In this document: one piece after another, positions 34,237 through 40,147 of the stretch
Position numbering within the stretch: position 1 is the stretch's first letter
How the letters are laid out: each line of letters begins with the position of its first letter
NCBI GenBank assembly: GCA_019428825.1
Contig: JAHYJU010000002.1
Coordinates: 1-41,282, forward strand
Reading direction: 5' to 3'
Origin: Patescibacteria group bacterium
GTDB taxonomy: Bacteria > Patescibacteriota > WWE3 > UBA101185 > UBA10185
Length of the DNA: 41,282 nucleotides
The notes under the pieces: model-generated
What the model saw: only the letters and a program-made list of their open reading frames with translations
The model's database searches: none
Told to the model about the DNA's origin: nothing
Position numbers and translations under genes: made by a program

Positions 34237-34575
34237 CTAAACAACAATCTTATGTAAAATATAAGAAACTATAGCCAAAACAACCGAGAAAAGCATAGCT
34301 GTCCAAAATGTATCAACAGTAAAATCAGGTATAAGTGTGGATGCAAATAAAACTATTATCGCGTCTATTACAAACGTGAATAAACCTAAAGTCAGAATTG
34401 TTATCGGAAGTGAGAGAATAATTAGAAATGGTTTTGCAAGCATATTTAAAATAGCTAAAACCAAAGCAACAATTAAAGCAGCCATGAAATTTGAAACATT
34501 AACACCTGATAATAAGTATGCAGTTGCGTAAACAGCAAATCCATTTATTAAAAATTTTATTATATTTTTTAACAT
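34237..34575 (-). CDS. phage holin family 4_2 / YvlD (DUF360)-like membrane protein
   Basis: 112 aa. AALIVALVLAILNMLAKPFLIILSLPITILTLGLFTFVIDAIIVLFASTLIPDFTVDTFWTA matches B. subtilis YvlD-type proteins almost motif for motif (PILLLLTLPINILTLGLFTFVINA). Confidence 0.85.
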   Translation of the reverse strand: MLKNIIKFLINGFAVYATAYLLSGVNVSNFMAALIVALVLAILNMLAKPFLIILSLPITILTLGLFTFVIDAIIVLFASTLIPDFTVDTFWTAMLFSVVLAIVSYILHKIVV

Positions 34576-34674
34576 TAAATAACCTCCTAATGCAATGATA
34601 GCACATATTTTTCTTACATATAAAATTCATTAGTTATTTACACTAGTTAATGATAGTGATATATTCCCATTAAT

Positions 34675-34926
34675 ATGGAATATGCAACATTAACTAAACA
34701 AAATCAAATAACGGTTCCTATGAAAGTACGAGATAAACTCAAACTTAAACCCAGCGATAAGTTGGTTTTCTATGAATCCGGAGACTCCGTAATAGTAACT
34801 AAACTTAAATCTATAGAAGATTTTAAGGGCTTATTAAAGGATTATAAAGTTGAATTAGGTAAACAAGGAAACGAAAGTATCTGGTTGGATAGATACATAA
34901 GGTATGAAGAACAAGCCGAAAAATGA
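34675..34926 (+). CDS. AbrB/MazE/SpoVT-family antitoxin (VapB-like)
   Basis: 83 aa. The N-terminal swapped-hairpin motif is LTKQNQITVPMKVRDKLKLKPSDKLVFYESGDSVIVTKL. It is paired with a downstream PIN gene. Confidence 0.8.
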   Translation: MEYATLTKQNQITVPMKVRDKLKLKPSDKLVFYESGDSVIVTKLKSIEDFKGLLKDYKVELGKQGNESIWLDRYIRYEEQAEK

Positions 34927-35317
34927 TACTTTAAAAGATAAAATTAGAATGTCAAAAGGAGTTGTTGTAGACACAAACATTCTAATAAGAGCTCTTATTG
35001 ATGAAAACGCAGAACTATCAAAACTAATTGCAAACTCTGACGAAGTTCATATTCCATTGCCTATTTTTTTTGAAACAGTATTTGTACTAGAGAAATTTTA
35101 TAAACAACCAAGAGAAACAATTATTGATTATATATTTACTATCGTTTCCTATGAGAATATTTTCACCGATAAAAATAGTCTTAAGGAAGTTCTTTATACT
35201 TATGAAAGAAAACAAAACTTAAGTATTATAGATTGTTTTCTATTAACATACGCCAAGATTTATAATTTAAAAGTAAAAACACTGGATAAGGCTTTAAAGA
35301 AACATTTAATTAATTGA
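34904..35317 (+). CDS. PIN-domain toxin (VapC-like)
   Basis: 137 aa if started at ATG 34904 (23-nt overlap with the antitoxin). An alternative ATG is at 34949 (MSKGVVVDTNILI). Conserved acidic positions are VVVDTN, FFETVFVLE and IIDCFLL. Confidence 0.8.
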   Translation: MKNKPKNDTLKDKIRMSKGVVVDTNILIRALIDENAELSKLIANSDEVHIPLPIFFETVFVLEKFYKQPRETIIDYIFTIVSYENIFTDKNSLKEVLYTYERKQNLSIIDCFLLTYAKIYNLKVKTLDKALKKHLIN

Positions 35318-35338
35318 TGGTGGGTGATCCAGGACTCG
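35318..35338 (-). repeat. exact 21-nt duplicate of the 3' end (T-loop to CCA) of tRNA-Ile, abutting the vapC stop codon
   Basis: TGGTGGGTGATCCAGGACTCG at 35318-35338 is identical to 35485-35505. It begins 1 nt after the TGA at 35315-35317. Confidence 0.9.
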
Positions 35339-35484
35339 GTCACAAGTCCAAGTATCTCTACGTCACTGCGTTCCTAGAGCTTCTTGGCTCGCGACCCCCT
35401 CTCCTTCGCTACGCTCAGTCCGAATTATTCTCGTCCTGTATCACAGAAAGCTAGCTACCATCCTGCGGATGATATCTACCTTTC

Positions 35485-35560
35485 TGGTGGGTGATCCAGG
35501 ACTCGAACCTGGAACCGGGCGTGTATAAGACGCCTGCTCTGCCAATTGAGCTAATCACCC
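35485..35560 (-). tRNA. tRNA-Ile (anticodon UAU), CCA encoded
   Basis: The reverse complement folds as GGGTGAT TA GCTC AATTGGCA GAGC A GGCGT CTTATAC ACGCC CGGTT CCAGG TTCGAGT CCTGG ATCACCC A CCA. The cloverleaf is perfect and the anticodon loop CTTATAC gives TAT. Confidence 0.9.
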
Positions 35561-35668
35561 ATATTTTATCTTTACCTATCTTCCTCTAGTGTCTTTCGCT
35601 CCGCTCAAGTCAAATAATTCTATCTTCTTATGTATAGATTATCTCTGGATATCGCTTCGCTCTATCAG

Positions 35669-35681
35669 GAGCTAATCACCC
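35669..35681 (-). repeat. exact copy of tRNA-Ile positions 1-13 (5' acceptor strand + D-stem)
   Basis: GAGCTAATCACCC at 35669-35681 is identical to 35548-35560. Confidence 0.85.
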
Positions 35682-35759
35682 GTAATAAACCCAGAGTAAA
35701 TTAATGTTAACGTACTTTTATTCTCCGTCTTGGTCAACTACGCTTACGCTTGTTGGCTA

Positions 35760-35779
35760 AAGACGCCTGCTCTGCCAAT
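35760..35779 (-). repeat. exact copy of tRNA-Ile positions 15-34 (D-loop to first anticodon base)
   Basis: AAGACGCCTGCTCTGCCAAT at 35760-35779 is identical to 35527-35546. Confidence 0.85.
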
Positions 35780-35896
35780 CTTACCAACGCACTAACAAAA
35801 AATTATACCTTTCTTTCATTGTCACTCGCAAAAGCTCGCTATATTTTTCTAATCTACAATTATACGTTGGTAACGGTCGTCGCTTCGCTCCGACAG

Positions 35897-35960
35897 GGGC
35901 TAGTCACCCGTGAACATCTCTACTTACCTTCTTTAATATCTTTCGCTCCGCTCAAATATA
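35897..35960 (-). repeat. diverged duplicate of the tRNA-Ile 5' end plus its upstream flank
   Basis: GGGCTAGTCACCC (2 mismatches to tRNA positions 1-13) is followed by ...ATCTCTACTTACCTTC...TCTTTCGCTCCGCTCAAATATAAT. This parallels 35548-35620 (...ATCTTTACCTATCTTC...TCTTTCGCTCCGCTCAAGTCAAATAAT). Confidence 0.7.
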
Positions 35961-35963
35961 ATA

Positions 35964-36314
35964 TCAAACTTCCTCAATCAAAAATTCTTCCAAATCTTCC
36001 TCTTTTTTCAAGTCTTTTCTTCTCTGGACTATACTATCTTTTTCAATCATATCAAGCAATTCCTCCACTACAACCACTAAAGCATTTTCCAATGTAAAAG
36101 CAGTTTCATCAGAGAAATATTCTTTTCCGCTTAGAATCAAATTCACTTTAACTTCAAACTGATCATCAGGAACTGAATTTAAAACTACCCTAGCAAAACG
36201 AGACCCTTCAGGTAAATTATCTGTCCTAGCTTCTATCCTTTCAAATTTCTCTTTCGTTAATGCCTCCATGCTTGGAGAGAGATCTATATTATCGGAAGTT
36301 ATTTGATATTGCAT
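35964..36314 (-). CDS. hpf: ribosome hibernation-promoting factor / RaiA (YfiA) family protein (short form)
   Basis: 116 aa. MQYQITSDNIDLSPSMEALTKEKFERIE...FEVKVNLILSGKEYFSDETAFTLENAL matches the sigma-54-modulation/HPF fold pattern. Confidence 0.85.
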   Translation of the reverse strand: MQYQITSDNIDLSPSMEALTKEKFERIEARTDNLPEGSRFARVVLNSVPDDQFEVKVNLILSGKEYFSDETAFTLENALVVVVEELLDMIEKDSIVQRRKDLKKEEDLEEFLIEEV

Positions 36315-36351
36315 GTCTTTATTTTACCATCCCTTCTGATAAAATGATTTT

Positions 36352-37215
36352 ATGAAAAAACTACAAACATTCTTTTACGTATTTAAGAACAGTATTACTT
36401 CTCATAAGTACTACAATGATATTTTGAAAACTAATTTTTGGTTTTCTGTGAAATATTTTATGATGCTTTCTTTTTTTGCATCTTTGGTATTTACAATATT
36501 CACAAGTGTAGTAATTATCCCGGGTATGGTTTCGGGTATAAGATCGGTATCTCAAAGTGTAAAAGAAGTATTTCCGGAGGACTTAGTAGTAATTTTTAAA
36601 GATGGGGGCTGGGAAACTAATAAAGAAGGCCCCGTTGTAATTCCAATGATTAGTATTGATGAACAACCCCAAGAGTATCTACCGGAAAATATTATTGTTT
36701 TTGATAAAGAGGGAACAATAGATAAACTTGAAGAATACAATACCCTTGCTTTATTAAACAACGAGAATATTATTTACAGGAATGAGGGGAATTCCATAAC
36801 TTCTCAACCAATAAGTAATATTCCTGACTTTACCTTAGATAAATCTACAGTAGATGGGGGTATAGATAATTTGTATAAGTATTTAAGGATACTTCCATAT
36901 GTTCTTCCTTTGTTTATACTTTTATTTACTTTCTTATTTAACTACATTGGGGGAGCTTTCTTTAGTGTGCTTTTGATAGGCCTTGTTTTGTATGTTATTT
37001 CTTTAATATCAAAAACTAAAATACCCTTTGTTTCTGCCATAAAGATTTCTATTCACGCTATGACTGTACCCATAATTTTGCAGTTGATACTTATTCCTTT
37101 TCCTGAAATAAACTCATATATTCCCGGGTGGTTTTTTATCTCAACTTTGATTATTTCACTTTATTTTATGTTTAAAATGGAAGATACTGCAGATCTTAAA
37201 AAAATAGATAAGTGA
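36352..37215 (+). CDS. polytopic membrane protein, DUF1189-like
   Basis: 287 aa. The N-terminus FFYVFKNSITSHKYYNDILKTNFWFSVKYFMMLSF, the TM layout and a central soluble loop resemble DUF1189 proteins (from memory, not verified). Confidence 0.45.
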   Translation: MKKLQTFFYVFKNSITSHKYYNDILKTNFWFSVKYFMMLSFFASLVFTIFTSVVIIPGMVSGIRSVSQSVKEVFPEDLVVIFKDGGWETNKEGPVVIPMISIDEQPQEYLPENIIVFDKEGTIDKLEEYNTLALLNNENIIYRNEGNSITSQPISNIPDFTLDKSTVDGGIDNLYKYLRILPYVLPLFILLFTFLFNYIGGAFFSVLLIGLVLYVISLISKTKIPFVSAIKISIHAMTVPIILQLILIPFPEINSYIPGWFFISTLIISLYFMFKMEDTADLKKIDK

Positions 37216-37219
37216 GAAA

Positions 37220-37248
37220 TTGAGGATTTTGGTTAGGATTGTTATAAT
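37220..37248 (+). promoter_or_regulatory. strong sigma70-like promoter (TTGAGG-17-TGT-TATAAT) heading the noncoding tRNA-Asn leader region
   Basis: TTGAGG lies at 37220-37225, then a 17-nt spacer ending in an extended -10 TG (37240-37241), then TATAAT at 37243-37248. No ORF follows. Confidence 0.5.
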
Positions 37249-37287
37249 TCGAAAGTTATTCGTTGAAAAAGCAAGTTTTGAGAACAG

Positions 37288-37296
37288 TCCCCTGTA
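37288..37296 (+). repeat. tRNA-Asn positions 1-9 fragment (with upstream-flank similarity)
   Basis: GAGAACAGTCCCCTGTA here compares with GAGAATAGTCCCCTGTA at the real gene (37645-37661). Confidence 0.7.
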
Positions 37297-37320
37297 AGAA
37301 CCTTTGCCTTCGGCAAAGAA

Positions 37321-37460
37321 CCTTGCATTTGAGCTATAGCACTTCGTACTATAGCGTCAAAAGAAAGTGCCTTGCATTTGAGCTATAGCACTTCGTACTA
37401 TAGCGTCAAAAGAAAGTGCCTTGCATTTGAGCTATAGCACTTCGTACTATAGCGTCAAAA
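37321..37460 (+). repeat. perfect tandem repeat, 49-bp unit x 2.9, each unit containing a hairpin
   Basis: Units start at 37321, 37370 and 37419 and are identical: CCTTGCATTTGAGCTATAGCACTTCGTACTATAGCGTCAAAAGAAAGTG. The internal hairpin is GCTATAGCAC-TTC-GTACTATAGC (9 bp plus 1 mismatch). Confidence 0.95.
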
Positions 37461-37471
37461 GTAGCTCAATG
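37461..37471 (+). repeat. tRNA-Asn positions 7-17 fragment
   Basis: GTAGCTCAATG follows the tandem repeat directly. Together with 37288-37296 it reconstitutes tRNA-Asn positions 1-17 if 37297-37463 is removed. Confidence 0.7.
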
Positions 37472-37524
37472 CTTTACTGCTTGTGAGATAACTGGGATAG
37501 TATAATATATTTACAATTCAATAG

Positions 37525-37590
37525 TCCCCTGTAGCTCAATGGGAAGAACCGTCTCGCTTCGCTCGAGAACCTTGCGATTGCGCTACAATC
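37525..37590 (+). pseudogene. tRNA-like chimera: exact tRNA-Asn positions 1-18 joined to two foreign hairpin arms, no 3' acceptor strand
   Basis: TCCCCTGTAGCTCAATGG (37525-37542) is followed by GAAGAACCG, then TCTCG-CTTCGCT-CGAGA (37552-37568; 5-bp stem, 7-nt loop), then AACCTTGC, then GATTG-CGCTA-CAATC (37576-37590). There is no complementary 3' acceptor strand. Confidence 0.6.
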
Positions 37591-37652
37591 AAAAACGTGT
37601 TTATTATTTATAATTAAATACGATAAAAATTTGATAAATTAAATGAGAATAG

Positions 37653-37727
37653 TCCCCTGTAGCTCAATGGTAGAGCGTCCGGCTGTTAACCGGCAGGTTC
37701 GTGGTTCGAGTCCACGCGGGGGAGCCA
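37653..37727 (+). tRNA. tRNA-Asn (anticodon GUU), CCA encoded
   Basis: Folds as TCCCCTG TA GCTC AATGGTA GAGC G TCCGG CTGTTAA CCGGC AGGTT CGTGG TTCGAGT CCACG CGGGGGA G CCA. Confidence 0.93.
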
Positions 37728-37747
37728 AATATTCAATCCCCTTTTTA
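37719..37747 (+). terminator. possible terminator that uses the tRNA-Asn 3' acceptor strand as its 5' arm
   Basis: GGGGA (37719-37723) pairs with TCCCC (37737-41) across a 13-nt loop, followed by TTTTTA. Confidence 0.4.
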
Positions 37748-37835
37748 TCCCTTTATAACAACTAATTAACAAATACCCTTTTCAACCCATCTCGGTCTTA
37801 TTCGAATAAATTAAAGAAAAGGTATAATTCTATAA

Positions 37836-38813
37836 ATGATATTTAAAACTCATCCTTTCCAAAAAAGAATAAGCTATAAAGGTACAATCGAGGATTTACT
37901 AAAACAAGTTGTAAAAGATTACTCATTTGGTAACTACAAAAAACATAAAGTTGTTGGGGTAGGATATGAAGATTTTAATGTTGTTACCGAAACTGACAAA
38001 GGAAAATATTTTCTGAAATTTTTTGCAGATTTTAGAGATGATGAGAATTGTCAAAGATACGTAGATATAATTTTATCTGCTATTGAACATAAAGTTAGTC
38101 ATCCAAAAATATATAAATCAAATCAAGGTTATTTTAATAAAATTAACACACTCGATGGGAAAATAAGATTTATAGCAACAGAATATATCGATGGAAAAAC
38201 ATTTTTTGATTTAGGTTTAAAACCCTCAATTCAGGAAAAAGAGTTTTTAATTAGACAAGCTTCCATAATTAACAGTATGCAAATAGCGCCTAAATTTATT
38301 TACGATAGTTGGGCAATAGTAAATTTTCTTCAAGAGTACAAGGAAATTAAAAAACATCTTACTAACGTAGATATTGGATTAATGGAACACTTAGCGAAAA
38401 AATTATCCATGGTGAGTATTGAAGATTTACCACATTGTTTTGTCCACGGAGATATTATAGATACAAACGTTATTCGTTCGAAAAACAACAAATTATATAT
38501 ACTTGATTTCTCTGTATCGAATGTATACCCAAGAATACAAGAATTAGCAGTTATGCTTTGTGATATTTTATTTGAACAAAACAAGAATGATTTTCAAAAA
38601 ACATACGATAGAACACTTGAGGTATATCAAGAAAGCATAAAACTGGAACAAAAGGAAATTGAAACCCTTCCTCTTTATACTCAAGTAGCTCATGCTATGC
38701 ACATCATTGGCTCCGTTAAATCAGCCTTACAAGATGGAGATTCTATTGAAAACAATCACTGGATGGAAATGGGAAGAGAAGGCTTAGTTTTTACATCAGA
38801 TTTTTGGAAATGA
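37836..38813 (+). CDS. phosphotransferase-family kinase (APH / homoserine kinase type II / choline kinase fold)
   Basis: 325 aa. The catalytic loop is CFVHGDIIDTNVI (HGDxxxxN), with ILDFS (Mg-binding D) 17 residues later. The N-lobe is typical: YFLKFF. Confidence 0.7.
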   Translation: MIFKTHPFQKRISYKGTIEDLLKQVVKDYSFGNYKKHKVVGVGYEDFNVVTETDKGKYFLKFFADFRDDENCQRYVDIILSAIEHKVSHPKIYKSNQGYFNKINTLDGKIRFIATEYIDGKTFFDLGLKPSIQEKEFLIRQASIINSMQIAPKFIYDSWAIVNFLQEYKEIKKHLTNVDIGLMEHLAKKLSMVSIEDLPHCFVHGDIIDTNVIRSKNNKLYILDFSVSNVYPRIQELAVMLCDILFEQNKNDFQKTYDRTLEVYQESIKLEQKEIETLPLYTQVAHAMHIIGSVKSALQDGDSIENNHWMEMGREGLVFTSDFWK

Positions 38814-38978
38814 TGCATTTACTCATGCGTATAAACACCAACTCCCCAACAATACTCACTTCCTAATCAATTAGCAAACTCACCCATTTTCACTACATTA
38901 TCCAACTTATCAATCTCCTGTCTCATTTCTGCCATTAATTTAAAATCTTCAAAAACCTTTATAGAATCAGCTAAATAT

Positions 38979-39550
38979 TTGGTTATATTAAGGTTACGGT
39001 CGGCGAGCCATTATCCTGTAGTATTTTACAAAGAAGGGTTAAAATATGCTGGATTAATCCCTACAGATACAATCTATGGACTATCCTGCTTAGCTTCTAC
39101 ACAAGAAAATGAAGAAAAAATATATGAGATAAAACAACGAGATTACGATAAACCATTCATTATTCTTATTTCAAATATTAAAGATTTACAAGAATTTGAA
39201 ATACCTCTAGCAAAAGATGAAAAAGAAACATTAAAAAATACTGGCCAGGACCTGTCAGTATAATCCTCAAGGTAGACAACAAAAGATATAGATATTTGCA
39301 CAGGGGAATGGGATCCCTTGCATTTAGACTTCCTAAAGAGAAAGACTTAGTTAACATTATAAAAACAACCGTTCCAATAGTTTCAACCAGTGCAAACACC
39401 TCGAACTACCCTCCCATAAACTCTGTATCAGAAGCAAAAATACAGTTTGAAGAAAAATTGGATTTTATGTTGGACAAAGGAAAACTGAATAATAAACCTT
39501 CCAAAATTATAAAAAAGAAAATGGTATTGAACACATACTTAGATAGATAA
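38979..39550 (+). pseudogene. tsaC: L-threonylcarbamoyladenylate synthase TsaC/YrdC, interrupted by a frameshift in an A-run
   Basis: The N-terminal frame (TTG 38979..39263) has LIPTDTIYGLSC...IKQRDYDKPFIIL. The C-terminal part continues in the +1 frame from about 39219, with KKYWPGPVSIILKV...LAFRLP...PIVSTSANTSNYPP...PSKII. The frames switch at TTAAAAAAT (A6 at 39233-39238). Confidence 0.8.
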
Positions 39551-40147
39551 ATCCCAACCTAAAAAATATAAACACTAGATTTTACGACGTGTTCTCCTAG
39601 AACCTTTTGCTCTATCTTCCTTAAACAGAATCATACCTATATAGACATGTAATAACATGGGGTAGGGAAGAGTAATATTCTAAATCGCAATATTTACTAC
39701 ATTGGCAATATATCACTTTTACATATATGAAATTCGTCATTATTTGAACAAATAAGCATAGAAAAAATTCTAAAAAATTATTATGTTATTTATAACAATT
39801 TACGTAGTTATATTAATATATGTCCAAACTGCCCTAACCTGCTCCCCACATAAACCCTAATTATTTTCGGCAACCCCCAAGATTTAATATCAAATAGATA
39901 TTGACTGAGAGAGGTCGTTAATCATATATAACATGGTAGGACAACTTAAGGTAAGTATTTGAAAATTAATCACAATTAATAAGCTGGCAGTTTATTTATA
40001 TTTTAGTTATTTTTTATTTGACCTCTTTAATTTAACTCTCACCTCTTCTACACGCCTCCCCCACACAAGATATTGGTAAGTTTAAACACAAAACCCCTTG
40101 AGAATTCTTTAAAAATAGATAAAATACCCATGTAAGGAAACGAAAAT

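Larger units (their letters stand above)
35406..35953. repeat. dispersed GC-rich 11-mer TCGCTNCGCTC (five exact copies here, a sixth at 37554-37564)
   Basis: Exact matches lie at 35406-35416 (N=A), 35596-35606 (C), 35652-35662 (T), 35880-35890 (T), 35943-35953 (C) and 37554-37564 (T). Looser variants lie at 35741-35751 and 35826-35838. Confidence 0.85.

Noticed and set aside
35339-35484. Possible intron-containing or second tRNA between the 21-nt repeat and tRNA-Ile
   Set aside because: I tried to fold the minus-strand sequence. There is no 5' acceptor strand complementary to ATCACCC and no D-arm or anticodon arm. At about 146 nt it is too short for a group I intron. It is treated as inter-repeat filler.
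35750-36097. 115-aa plus-strand ORF
   Set aside because: It starts at a non-ATG codon and runs through tRNA-Ile fragments and GC-rich repeat motifs, then antisense into hpf. It has no motif or RBS. The hpf call on the opposite strand is strong.
37321-37460. Possible CRISPR array (regular repeats with internal hairpin)
   Set aside because: The units abut directly with no unique spacers. There are only 2.9 copies and no cas genes in the window. It is a simple tandem repeat.
39895-39925. TPP-riboswitch-like CTGAGA core (TGACTGAGAGAGGTCG)
   Set aside because: Only the short CUGAGA string matches. The pyrimidine-sensor helix and the ACCTGATCTGGATAATGCCAGCG-type segment are absent.
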